DNA of 63,895 nt, filler included, from Mitosporidium daphniae (taxonomy: Eukaryota), in assembly GCF_000760515.2 (NCBI RefSeq). It is 4 parts of 4 records of this genome, joined end to end, with 100 filler letters (N's around TTAATTAATTAA, not from the genome) between each part and the next. Parts side by side here need not be neighbours in the genome. Positions count along the whole stretch, not along the records: positions 1 to 16,863 come from NW_013546729.1; positions 16,964 to 33,771 come from NW_013546728.1; 2 more parts are not named here. One strand, given 5' to 3'. Shown here one piece after another: positions 11,850 to 26,831 of this stretch. The stretch's first letter is position 1; each line of letters opens with the position of its first letter. A program made the translations under genes and the position numbers. A model generated the notes under the pieces. That model ran no database searches. It was not told the origin of the DNA and saw only the letters and a program-made list of their open reading frames with translations.

Positions 11850-13834
11850 ACGAAAACAACTCCAACTAACCCTAAATCGGGACAAGCTTGTATTCAAATG
11901 TTACTCCTTTAAAGACTAAAAATGTAAAAACCCTCTGCAGGATTTACGAGATTGGTTATTTCTATTTCTTCGGAAATAAAGGCCATACTGTGCGATCTGC
12001 TCAAAAGACGCGAAGCCTCACATGCCAAGCATATGTAAGAGTACGGCAAGCCAGTTGGGTAATTTTTCTGATCCGATTTCTGTAGCGCCACTTCTTTCTA
12101 CACGTAAGGAGTAGTAGTTATCAGGAGACGCTTTTTTAGCCTCGCATCTAAATAGCTAAAAGCAGTCATAAACGCAATAGAAAAAGGATTATCGGTACTA
12201 ATGGCGATTGAAAGCAATTTCATATCAACTGCCAATGATGTCTTTTTGAACTTCCGGATAAATTTGATTGCATTCAGTATGGCCACTAGTAGCCGCCATT
12301 TTGACATTGGTTTCGCTCTCTTTATCGGTAGTATATTCCAGAGTCATCTTCTTAGAGATGCCTATAAGAGAAAAAACGCACAAATGGTAGCAAGAACTAT
12401 GAAAGACGAAACCAAAGGCTTCTAAAAGGTCATTAAAGTATGCCATTTGACGAACATGAAAGGCAGCTTTCTAAAAGTTCACCTACAACTTTGCATCCAA
12501 TGAAAGCCTCGGATTGAGGGATTAAAACTCTGCCAATTAAATTCGCTACAACAGACTCCTCGTCAAATAGAAGCGGTTCTCAAAATAGACACCTATAATC
12601 GCAAAAATGATCCCACTTAACAGCCATGATATGACGACCAGTATCGCCATCATGCCCCAATGCCCACTAACGCGGATGAGTTTTTAGCCCGTACCAATAG
12701 TTATTAAGCCATGTTATAGATCAATAGAAACAGGTTTATTAAAGTTCAGCATCGCTTTTATGCAATAAGAAATTACATCAAGAGCGTTAGAACGTCGATG
12801 GGAATGGGGAGTGGGATGGACCATAAGCGTTTCGGCATCAAAAAGCCTTTGAAATTCACCAGGTTGCTTCATATTCAAATCTGGTCTAATTGCAACATGC
12901 AACAAAACATTACACGAGCTCTTGCCTCTTAAGCTGCATCATTAGGCATATATCGGCTCAAAATTACCTCTTAACGGGATACCAATTTACTAGCAATTGA
13001 GGATACACCTTCATCGCATGTTGCAAAGACACAATCCATTGAAAATGCTCAAGTTTAGAGCTTTCAGAGGGTTTGTTATCAAAGCAAAAATATACACAAT
13101 CGCTTGGTGCTGTTTGTCTGCATCGTTGATATGCAGCTGGCTTTTCTTTGAAAACTAAAAAGCCTTTTTATAGAAAAGCTTCAACTCTGCTTATGGACTC
13201 GAATCGTTGCATCTGCTCAAATCGGTGTTTTAATCCATCATTGAGAAATAGAAACTTTTCGAAAATTGCGGCCACGATATAATGGGCTCTGCAAAAAATA
13301 AATACGCTCGGGTTCTTTTAAGGCATAAAAGCGGCTAAAATATTAGGCACTTCAAGCTCCTGCGTACGAATCGCATCAAGATCGGTTTTCTTTACACAAC
13401 ATCATCTAACTATGTGCTAGCATTTTGAAATGCATCTTTGCTATCATTATTAGCTGGAAAAAGGGCGTTCATCAAAGCAATTGTCTGCTTCATAAGGCTG
13501 CATAACTTGTGACAACATCCTGCAAACTGATCATCGGTTAGGCTTTGGTCTCTTTTAGGTGGCCTTTCACTTGAAAGAGTATGTTCAAACGGGAAAGCGG
13601 AATATCTTTCGCTCTCAAAGCCGAAAAGTATTTGCCGAGTAAAAGTCTGCAATGCTTTTTCCACCGATTTCAAATAGATTTTTGATATGCAACTTTTATA
13701 TCTTCGAAGAGTAAAGCAAAGGTATGCATCAAATAGACGGTGGGGCTTCCTGATAAAAAAGCCTAACGGCAAGCTGGGGTGTATCCAGTAGTCACCTAGG
13801 GAGGTCCAGACAAGAAGCCTTCAAAGCATTTCAT
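11850..13834 (-). CDS. Intron-rich hypothetical gene(s); boundaries approximate
   Basis: Series of minus-strand ORF fragments (13410-13772, 12714-12905, 12098-12307, 11909-12091) separated by short GT/GC..AG segments. No family recognised and no complete model built. Confidence 0.35.
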
Positions 13835-13951
13835 TAAAATGAAAATGAAATTTGTTGGGACAACCAAATGATAAATGACAGAGCGTCATGGCAACCGTAA
13901 ATCACAATTAGCTTAAGATGGTAGAGGAGCTTGTGTCCTTTGCAAAAAAAG

Positions 13952-14716
13952 ATGATGATACTCTCCACCCTCCTTTCTTTCCTTGCATTCTTCACTGCGA
14001 TCAACTGCGATTTTAGCCATTTATATATCAAGGAACCAAATCAAGGAATATCGTGGAGACCGGGGTCAAATGTGGCCATCAAGTGGACAAATATTGGTGG
14101 GGAGCTTCATCCCAACGCATTAATCTCCATTGACATCATGGACGGAGATGCACAGAGTGCCGATCTAATCGCTCATGTTGGAAGTAACATTCCAGCAAGC
14201 GCCAACGAGTACAACTGGATTGTCCCGGTAAACATGGAACAGCGATCGGACTATTTCGTCAGAATGTCATCCACCGATCCATCTGGTGTTTCGTATTTCT
14301 ATTCCGGACGGTATTCTGTTGCTGGAGAAGCTATGGGAGCTACATTGGTTTCACAGCCATGGGAGCATGAAATTAGTTCCACTGCCAAGCCAAAACCCAC
14401 AAATGTGGTAGTTCCAACAACCGCCCATGATGCAAGTACTGCGCACGTAACTGAGACTGTAGAAGATAAGACCACCTCATTGATGCCCACAAGGACCTCA
14501 AACGTTATTTCTACTGCAGCTAGTTCGATTATTTCCGAAAAAGAGACGATGGCCACTTCATCTGTCAAGCCTCAATCCAGTACTCAAAGGTCAGAATCGA
14601 CGACTAGCAGTGAAGAGGACAAATCATCTGCCAATTTACCTGTTCTTTCATCGTGGGTGCTTATTTCTAGCGCCACCATTTTTTTGAGCGTGTTTCTTAT
14701 TGGAGTAGCTGTGTGA
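13952..14716 (+). CDS. Kre9/Knh1-like N-terminal domain, Ser/Thr-rich GPI-anchored cell-surface protein
   Basis: Signal peptide; P..G..W..G..V.I.W; YNWIVP..DYFVR..YSGRYSV; S/T stalk; hydrophobic GPI-type tail. Confidence 0.75.
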   Translation: MMILSTLLSFLAFFTAINCDFSHLYIKEPNQGISWRPGSNVAIKWTNIGGELHPNALISIDIMDGDAQSADLIAHVGSNIPASANEYNWIVPVNMEQRSDYFVRMSSTDPSGVSYFYSGRYSVAGEAMGATLVSQPWEHEISSTAKPKPTNVVVPTTAHDASTAHVTETVEDKTTSLMPTRTSNVISTAASSIISEKETMATSSVKPQSSTQRSESTTSSEEDKSSANLPVLSSWVLISSATIFLSVFLIGVAV

Positions 14717-14881
14717 AATATTGATGCTAATAAACTTGCCATAGAGAATAGTTTACAATGGCACGCGATATTTAAAATTTTGGCCATCTTTAATAGGAGG
14801 AGGGAGGGCGAGGGAGGGGGTTTGTAAAATTTAAATGCAGCTGCGTGTATTTTTTAGTTGCCTTATTTTTATCTTTTAAAC

Positions 14882-15824
14882 ATGCAGCATGACACTGTCA
14901 TTTGGCAAGTGATCGGCAAGAATTTTTGTTCCTTCAAAGTCAGAACACCTGATGATAAGAAACATTTTTGCAAAAACGAATACAATCTTACCGGGCTTTG
15001 TAATCGGCAAGATTGCCCGCTAGCCAACTCCAGGTATGCAACTGTGAGGAACGTAAAAGGAAAATGTGTGCTAATGATGAAAACCATTGAACGTTCCCAT
15101 ATGCCATTGAATCTTTGGGAGAAGATTTCTCTTTCCGACAATGCGGAAGAGGCCGATCGAGAGGTTCGTTATAACAAGGTTTATTATTTTGTAGATCGAT
15201 GCAAAGCTTCTCTATTGGCCCAATGCTCTTATTGAAAAGTGCAAGAAAAGGTATGCTCGGCTCAGGCAAGTTATCAAGCAGATGCGCAGGATCGCTTCAA
15301 AAAAGCCCGAGCAGAAAGCCATTATCACCATTCACTCTCAAAAGATCGAACGTAGAGAAAAACGGCGAGAAGTAAAAGCAGAAGCTGCTGCACGCCTCGA
15401 AAAATCAATTGAAAAGGAACTTCTTGACAGATTAGAGATTGGCGTTTATGGCGACATGTACAATATTGTGCCGTCTGTCTTTGAAAAAGTGATAGAAAAT
15501 ACGGTTGCAGATGCAGACCAAATGCAAGAAGATGAGGAAATCGAGTATGAGGAAGACGAAGAAGAAGAACAGGAAGAAGAAGAGGAAGAGACGTTTGAAA
15601 GGGATGATGAGCTCCTTCAATATAGCGATGACAATCTCAACATGGAGTGTGAGGATCAAGAGATTGAAGAGTCTGATTTGACTGTGCTTTTTCCAAGGAA
15701 ACAACAAAAGTTGGCTGCACCGGTTGTTCATATCGAGTATGAGAGACATGAGGACCTGGAGCAAGATGAGAAAAATAGGGAAAAAATACCGCTATCTTCG
15801 GGAAAATCCAAAAATAAATCCTAA
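14882..15824 (+). CDS. MAK16: 60S biogenesis protein Mak16 (intron 15164-15194)
   Basis: MQHDTVIWQVIGKNFCSFK..FCKNEYNLTGLCNRQDCPLANSRYATV; IEKELLDRL..GVYGDMYN; acidic tail. Confidence 0.95.
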
Positions 15825-15871
15825 TTTAAGAAAGGAAATTAATTTTTTTATTTTCCAGGCCATCCATACAC

Positions 15872-16405
15872 ATGTCCTCTGCTAGAAATGCCAAGGTAGC
15901 TGCTGCATTTTTTATGCGCTAGACTGCCCTCGCATATGCGCGTCTTTGGCATCATGTAGATTGCACTGGGAGGATTTTGGGTAGATTGGCTACCCAAATT
16001 TCGCATGTCTTGCAAGGAAAACACAAGCCCATTTACCATCCCGCTGTTGACTGCGGCGACTATGTAGTTGTCACCAATGCCCGTTCTGTTGCTCTTACAG
16101 GCGAAAAGAGCATAAATAACTCATATGTTTACTATACTGGATTTCCCGGCGGCCAAAAGTTCATGCCAATCAAGCGATTGAGGGATCTCAATCCTCAGGA
16201 AGTTATTCGGCATGCTGTATATGGTATGTTGCCCAGGAACAAAACACGGCATGAGCGGATGAGGCGGCTAAAGATATTTCCAGGCCCCATTCACCCATAC
16301 GAGTCAAATATCTTTAAATCATACCTCTCTGCCCCTATTCCACCAGTCGCGTCGATCAGGCCAAAAGGACTAATAGACGAAGATAATGGCGAAAAGAAGA
16401 AGTGA
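15872..16405 (+). CDS. Mitochondrial ribosomal protein uL13m (one 5' intron)
   Basis: Spliced TALAYARLWHHVD..ILGRLATQIS..LQGKHKPIYHPAVDCGDYVVVTNA..YTGFPGG..AVYGMLPRN. Confidence 0.92.
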
Positions 16406-16493
16406 CATTAATAAACGTAGATTTCTACTTTTATGGAAAAAACGAGTGGATTTCTACTTTTATGCTGAAGATATATTTTTGCTTTTACGGGGG

Positions 16494-16863
16494 CTAGTCA
16501 GCATGCTTCATATTTTCTATCAAGGGAGCCACCTTATCACCGAGTTTTTGCTTTTTTGCCACTGTGAGATATANATCTTCACTCAGCGGAGCTATGGTAT
16601 CACTCAAGTGACAACTAGTGCAATCCTCTGGGCGCCACTGGTCCATCCAATTGGCACAATCATATTGGGGCTTCCCAAGCTTTTCATTGACCAAATTATG
16701 TATTTCACAAAGCCAAGCCCCAAATTTTTCCATAGACTCAGTCTAAATATTAGTATTGTCGTCAAAACGTAGGTAAAAATATAGCCATGGCAAAGGAATA
16801 TGGAAATAAACAAATAAACAAAGCAGTAATCGGTGTGAAAGCGGAAATGGAAAGGTACCTCTG
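16494..16863 (-). CDS. Erv1/ALR/Erv2 FAD sulfhydryl oxidase, 3' part (5' end lost in gap)
   Basis: WLCEIHNLVNEKLGKPQYDC..W matches the Erv1/Alr C-terminal signature. 116-nt intron at 16743-16858. Confidence 0.85.
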
Positions 16864-16963
16864 NNNNNNNNNNNNNNNNNNNNNNNNNNNNNNNNNNNNN
16901 NNNNNNNTTAATTAATTAANNNNNNNNNNNNNNNNNNNNNNNNNNNNNNNNNNNNNNNNNNNN
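16864..16963. other. Assembly gap with artificial TTAATTAATTAA six-frame-stop linker
   Basis: 100-nt N run with a central TTAATTAATTAA, same design as the other two gaps. Confidence 0.97.
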
Positions 16964-18042
16964 CTACGCCATCCTCCCCATCGAGTTCTACTGAACAGAT
17001 TCCTTTGCCATCTACTTCGATTCCTTTGCCATCTACTTCGATTCCTTTACCATCTACTTCGATTCCCTTACCATCTACTTTGATTCCTTTGAATTCCGAG
17101 TTAGAAGTGAGGCTTTTTTTTGACTTGTATGCCGATACTTATGCTCTTCATCGTTTTGTAAAAAGTGAAGCTATCACATGCTCGTCTTTAGTCGATTTTC
17201 CCACATTTTCATTCACACCGACGCCAGCATTGCCATCATCAGCATCTATTTCTAGTCCGATCTCATCGCCACCTTCGCACCATGTTTTCCCAAAAGGACC
17301 AGTGCCAGGACGCAAAGCTTCACTTCCAATCACTCTTTCTTCATTTAATTTTGGGTATGAGCCCGTTACTGCTAAGGCTGCTCACGCTGCACACTATAAG
17401 CTCGCTGCCCCAGTGCCATCGAGAAAGCTTTCATTGTCATTGAGCACCAATTATGGGCTGTTTAATTCCAGCCGGTATCCATTCAAATATATGGAGTTGA
17501 AGCCTCGTGTTGTTAGCCCACCGCTTTCGACAAGATTGGCAGAGGGAAGCCCCCTGATGAATTCAAATGATAATGCTACATCAAAAAATCCGTTTCCCTC
17601 TTCATATCCCACAGGTACAGCATATAATCCGCCATGTCCGGATCCCTCTGGAAATATATTCAACTCAAATATGAATGCCCATCAAGACGGCACTAGTTGT
17701 AAAGTAAATTGCCCTTCAGAGGATGTTGACCTTGAGCCGTCCTCAATTGAGAATACTGCGAATCCTTTCACTCCAGCACCAGTCTCCACGCCTCAACCTG
17801 ATTCGATTTCCCTGGAAAATCCAACACAAAATATAAATGGTCCTATTGACATAGGACCATTTTCGACCAGCGAAACCCCTGTAAATTGCGGTACAGATAG
17901 TATCGATGAAAATTCATCCGAGTTGCATAAAACGCCCCGTATTGCAAGTGATGATTGCCTACAAAAGGTTATAGACGTCGCACAAGGCTCCAACTCGCAT
18001 GATACATGCCAACGTTTTCCCGCTGATTCGATAAATAATTGA
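16964..18042 (+). CDS. Ser/Pro-rich disordered hypothetical protein (5' end probably in gap)
   Basis: Reading frame of more than 345 codons, open from the gap edge; low complexity. Confidence 0.6.
16999..17091 (+). repeat. 21-nt coding tandem repeat, about 4.4 copies (IPLPSTS)
   Basis: Unit attcctttgccatctacttcg starting at 16999, 17020, 17041 and 17062, plus a partial copy. Confidence 0.95.
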
Positions 18043-18225
18043 TCCAGCGCCAATACCGAAATGCTTGGTCAATCGGCTATTTGCTATCCGTGGAAGCTTG
18101 TCCGCGCGCAATGAGCGAGCATTGTTGTTGAACTTTATTAATACAATCAAATTGCAGGATCATCACAACTACTATTGTCATCATTATTAACATCATCATC
18201 ATCATCGTCATTATCATTGTCGAAA

Positions 18226-19311
18226 TCATGGGGATGAAAGGTGGGCATTTTGTTTTCCCCATCGATCCAGGGCTCCCCGGCACTCAGTAATCTGGGCCGC
18301 TAATGTAGTTGCTTTTGCATGCATCTGCTGCAGTTCGAACAAGAGAAAATGCCGTTCTTGCATGGAGACATAATACTGGGCCAGCAGTCGCTTGTCGAGG
18401 TCGTTAATATCTTCACTGTTATAACTTACTTGCAATAAACTCAAATTTCTGCCATTACTAGCACAATCACCATCTTTTTCGTCAAACTGGCCCTCGGCCG
18501 TTTCATGATTAGCCCTTACAGTAAAAAGAGGCATGCCATCAAAAACAGATTCCAACCAAGTGCCAATTTCCTGGAGTTTCTGTGGTGATAGTTCTGATGG
18601 AATACTTGATGATGGCGCCTCAAATGAAATAGAGGATACAGCATCGTTACTTGCAGGATAAGATACTGAGATAGGGTCCATTGGGGCTAGCGGCGATGAC
18701 GAGGCGGGTGCTTTTGAAGAGCTATCGGCGAAATTTTTTTTTGTTGCCGATTTTTTTGAACCAGATTTGGATGTCGATGTTGAGGGTAAAGGCAAAGGTT
18801 GTTGGTGGTGGTGGTTTCTTATGTGCTTTTGCATCGCATCTGCCCTGGGAAATCTTTTAGGACATTTCGGACAAGAAAATGGCTTTTCCCCTGTGTGTCC
18901 ACGCATATGGCTGATCAGGGCATTTCTGGAAGAATGTGGAATGCTTTTCCTAGGACATCCCTCCCATTCGCATGCCCAGGGAGTTACATCTGCTTTTGCA
19001 CCGGTGCTTCTTTGGACATGATCCTCAGAAATATGGGTCACCAATTCCTTCAAATCTGAGAGCTGGATGCCGCACAAGTTCCATTGGCATACGGGGACAG
19101 GATCTGTTTCGAGATCATCTTCTTTGCTTATCTCTGTATTAATGATGGATTGGCGGTGGGATTCCGAAAGGGTTGCTAACTCACCCAGCGCGTCGAGTTC
19201 ATCCCATTCATAATCTTCCTCCCCAGAGAGGGGCCCGTCCGACGAATTGAGGCCCTGAAATTCTTCTTTCAGGCGAGTGGATATAAACGATGCCGGCGAC
19301 GATGATGCCAT
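18226..19311 (-). CDS. GLI-Kruppel C2H2 zinc-finger protein, Iec1 (INO80 subunit)-like
   Basis: CQWNLC..HISEDH, CEWEGCPR..SRNALISHMRGHTGEKPFSC..C.KRFPRADAMQKH; C-terminal coiled coil. Confidence 0.75.
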   Translation of the reverse strand: MASSSPASFISTRLKEEFQGLNSSDGPLSGEEDYEWDELDALGELATLSESHRQSIINTEISKEDDLETDPVPVCQWNLCGIQLSDLKELVTHISEDHVQRSTGAKADVTPWACEWEGCPRKSIPHSSRNALISHMRGHTGEKPFSCPKCPKRFPRADAMQKHIRNHHHQQPLPLPSTSTSKSGSKKSATKKNFADSSSKAPASSSPLAPMDPISVSYPASNDAVSSISFEAPSSSIPSELSPQKLQEIGTWLESVFDGMPLFTVRANHETAEGQFDEKDGDCASNGRNLSLLQVSYNSEDINDLDKRLLAQYYVSMQERHFLLFELQQMHAKATTLAAQITECRGALDRWGKQNAHLSSP

Positions 19312-19412
19312 ATCAGGGAAAGAAGAAAACGAGGAATGCAAAAAGTTGTGTTTAAATGTTGTGACCAAATTTTATTAATTTTCCTTGACTTTGATAGAGA
19401 AACTGGGGGGCC

Positions 19413-19763
19413 ATGAATGAAGGAGATATTTTTGAAGAAGCGCTCCTCGCAGATTCCATGGCCATCTCCGATGCATATAAGGATGGCTATTCTGCGGGAC
19501 ACCAGGAAAAGAGCCAGGATTTGTTTAGGCAAGGATTTGATGCTGGATTTCAAATGTCCACGCAGCTGGCCAATTTGGCGAGCGACATTCTAAATTGCCC
19601 CAACGACGCCAAGTTACGGGGGAACGCACTGTCCATTGCTATGCTACTTTCAAAATTGGAGCTTGAAAATTCGGATGAAAGCGCCCTTCTTCTTGAGAAA
19701 ATTCTGGTGAAATACAAGCTATTCAAGGCCAACAGCAGGAGCAAAGGCCTATTTAATTTATAA
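19413..19763 (+). CDS. Yae1/Lto1-family Fe-S adaptor (GX3 repeat)
   Basis: AYKDGYSAGHQE..RQGFDAGF repeat in a 116-aa protein. Confidence 0.7.
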   Translation: MNEGDIFEEALLADSMAISDAYKDGYSAGHQEKSQDLFRQGFDAGFQMSTQLANLASDILNCPNDAKLRGNALSIAMLLSKLELENSDESALLLEKILVKYKLFKANSRSKGLFNL

Positions 19764-19871
19764 ATTTAGAAAATAAAAATTATTTCGTCACCACTAGGGT
19801 TGGGGCTTGCAAAGATACTGATACTCAAGTTTAACCCACAAGATCATCGACATAAATTTTAATTCTATACC

Positions 19872-22800
19872 ATGAACAGCATTGAAAGGAAACAACATGT
19901 GCTATGCTACAAAATCGCCTTTTTGGTTTTGGGAATTGGAATCATATTCCACTTGATATTGTACAATTCGATCTCTGACATTTATTGCAACGAATCTCCG
20001 ATTGCCTCAAGCATTTCCACTATCCCAAGGTGGAATATACCTGCACCCTCCACCCGTGTTGTGATTTTCTTAGTGGATTGCCTTAGGGCTGAACAGCTTT
20101 TCTCATTTACAGGAGAAAATGGAACCTTTTTGGCACCTTTTATAGCGGAGCAGTCGCTTCGGGAAGGCACGTGGGGGCTCGTATCCAGGCCTATGAACAA
20201 GTTTGATGACACGAACACCATGTTTACGGGCATTCAACCCACTGGAGAAATAAAGGGCACCATTCCGGTGGATTCTGTATTCAATCAAAGTTCCAGGTCA
20301 TGGGTTTTTGGCTCGCCCCCAAAACCGCTTGATTTTGTAAAGGATCGGGCCAAAATCTTTTCAGCGTCTTTTGAAATGAATCGAGAGGCCTTGCAGAACG
20401 GTATCTATATTTTTGATATTAAATCATACACGTAGATGGACGGCTACTTGATGAGTGGATATTTCACCGCTTTGAACGGTATATTACCCAGGAAATGGGA
20501 AGTGATCAATTGAAACAGAATTTTGGCGCCGGGGAAATTTTCGTGTTCCACCTTTCAGGTCTTAAAATGACCAGCCGTCTTCATGGGGAAGATTCAAAAG
20601 AGTTTGTGTGCACCATTTTTACTTTAGACTTTTCGAGAACATTGCGTATTTGGACACGCAACTTCGGAAAGTTACGCTGAAATTTGCCAAACTATTTGCA
20701 AATGATAATCGATCAACGTTCATACTCACCTCTGCTGGAAATGGGGCCTATAAAGCGTCAGATGACCCTCAAATCCCATTTGTTGCATGGGGAGATGGAA
20801 TTAACAAACCAGTTCTTCTTCCTAATCTATCTGCTACCGGTAGTAACAAGGGCATGGATGTGTTGCTCAAGTCTGTTCAAAAGCAAGATATTGACCAGGT
20901 TGATGTTGCCTCTTTAGTCTCCTTTCTGTTGGGCATACCGATTCCAGTAAATTCAATCGGCCGTCTTCCAGTAAAATTTATCAACTTCAAGAAGCCAGCA
21001 GATAAGTTGCAGGCCCTTTTCATTAATGCCAAGCAGTTGTTTAATCAATTTTCACAATTGGAGCAAATTGTGTCTGCGAATCATGTCTTTTTCAAACCAT
21101 ATTCCTTTTCGGCAATCAATGGATCAAAAATCGCAAATATCTCCGAATTTTGTGGAAAAAGCGTCTATGATTCATTAAATGGCCAGGATGAGTTTACGGA
21201 GGATGAGATGCAATCTTTATTTGCACAGCTTCTTGACGGCTTAAAATATTTGTACACTTACGAATGGCAGCACTTGAGGATTGTGATTTTCCTTGGATAT
21301 TTGGGATGGATTTTCTTTTCTCTGATACACATTATGTGGCTTTCAAGCACCTATTCCAATGAAAAGACACGACTCGAGCACCCTTCATATAGAAACTGTG
21401 CAAAGCCTTTGATGGCTTGCATGGGAATCACCATCATTTATTTCCTATTGAAGCGTTTCCCGGTCTCGTATTACTTTTATTACTTTTTTGCACTTGGATT
21501 TTGGATTTTTAACTTTTCAAATTACAAATATGCCATGGCATCGATTTCTCCATTTGTTAATTACGACAACATGCTTAAGCTGTTTTTAGTTTTGCTCTTT
21601 CAATTGGGAATTGTACTGGCATATTATGAGCGATGGGTTCTTTCCGTCATGTTGGTTGGATTGACGTTTTTATACTCGAATCCGTTTTATTTCATGCAAA
21701 TAGATCCAATATACCACACGCCTTCCGATTTTGACGCCAAATATCTTATCAATCGGTCAAATATTTCAAGCAAGCGCATCAGGCTGATTTTTCTTTCCAA
21801 GTTTTGGATTGTATGCTCAATTCTATTTTCGATCTTCCCGATCTTACAGGTTGATGCCCAAATCAACTTTTTCTTGTATTATTCGGGATTATTATCGGTG
21901 CTTATTATTTCTGTCTGTCTTATTTTGTACATATCTTCCAGAAACAGATCGATTGCTTGGAGCAGATATGCAAATCGGTTTTTCCTTTTTATGGTATGTT
22001 TATTAAAAGCTTTATGGTGTAAGATTGGGCTTGTCATGTGCGTGGGCTGGCTAGTGAAGTCAGATAATGACCAGTATGCCAGCCATGGCTGGTATCCAAG
22101 CGGCGGCACATACTTTGACGTTGACAAATATTTTACCATGCCCAAACTGACGGGGATCAATCGATTTTTAGGCTGGGCTCTTTTCAGTACTCAATTTCAA
22201 TTTAATGGCTGTAGTAATACCCCCCATATCTGCCATCATCTTTGTTGCGGCCATGAAGAATAATGTGGTCAAAAGGAGCCCTTTTCGGCTACGAGCGGCA
22301 TCCAATTTCTATTCTAGCTCTCGATTTATCCCCACTTCTTTTAAGAGCTCTTTCTTGTCGCTGTCTTCAAACTTGCTCCTGATGGTGCTTGTGCTGTTTG
22401 TGGGCCTATTTTTTCCATTTGCCGTTTTGTCTTTGGGGTATTTTTGCGCTTTCATCTTGTAGGGCCGAAGTGCTGTTTTATATAGTTTTAGCGGCGACGC
22501 TGTTTTTGTGGATCTTTATCGAAGGAGTAATACGCAGCTTGGAGGACATGCAAAGCACATCGCCCTCAGAGGTTCTCGGATGGAATGACCTTCGACTGGC
22601 ATGCATGTACATATTTTTTCAGCACCTCGCCATTTTCGGCGTCGATAGCATTTCCAATCTATCCTCGTTTTCACTTCCTGCCTCTTATCGCCTCGCCACG
22701 GGTAGCGATTCGTTATTTGTGACAAGATTTCTTTTCCTCGTCAAGGAAGCTATTCCTGTGATCTTGGTATCGATTGCACTTATTGCATTGGAACGCGCTA

Positions 22801-23093
22801 CCAAGCGACGCTCGTTTCTGATTTTAATAGTTTCAGGAATGGTGACCGACTTTGTCAATATGGTCTTCTTTTTCATGGCCATGAGTGCAGACTCTTGGCT
22901 TACTCCCGTCGCAGGAATATACCGCCACTCATTCAGCGTTGGATCGGCCATTGTCTCTGTGTTTTTCTATTTGCTTTTTTGGCTCCTCTATGAAGAGTCC
23001 GAGATTGTGAAAGGCTCTACCGCTTCAATCATAGATAATGGCCGGCTCAGAAGGGAAAAATATCAGATGCCCTCTGAAGAGTTTGAATTCTAG
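19872..23093 (+). CDS. MCD4: MCD4/PIG-N family GPI ethanolamine-phosphate transferase-like protein with degenerate active site (about 5 introns)
   Basis: SISDIY..SPI, APSTRVVIFLVDCLRAE, LAPFI, VDSVFNQS, PFVAWGDGI, DIDQVDVASL..LLGIPIPVNSIG.LP, GLKYLYTYEW; multi-TM C-terminus. Confidence 0.82.
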
Positions 23094-23301
23094 CCTTTAA
23101 CCAATCTTTGGGTGCCTGTTGGATGAGATGAGATGCCGGTTCAAGCAGGGAGAGAACCATGTCTTTCCTTCAGCCATTATAGAGATTCTGCCCTATCGTC
23201 TGACATTTAAGAGCCTTTTAACAAGCTCTACATGGGGGCTCGGCTTTTATTGTTGCCATTAAATTGGATTTTGTTAACCGCTATGTATGTACCCCGTAAA
23301 T

Positions 23302-26674
<3,373 letters not shown>

Positions 26675-26831
26675 TCTGATTGGAGATACTAACCGTTTGA
26701 AGGTTGTAAAATTTATGGCCAAATTTAATGAGCACCATTGGCCCAATGGAGGGAGGCTGTGGATTTACACTNAACACTGGAGATTTGCATAACATCACGG
26801 GAATCAACCAAACCTCGCCCCAAATTTTGTA

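Noticed and set aside
11866..11876. Scattered TAACCCTA telobox-like motifs (also 37471, 56877, 59666)
   Set aside because: Several coincide with minus-strand ttag|ggtt acceptor-like contexts; too short and too few to call a motif without statistics.
16864..16963. Identical TTAATTAATTAA elements in N runs (also 33772-33871 and 50668-50767)
   Set aside because: Artificial contig linker; gene adjacency across these gaps is not trusted.
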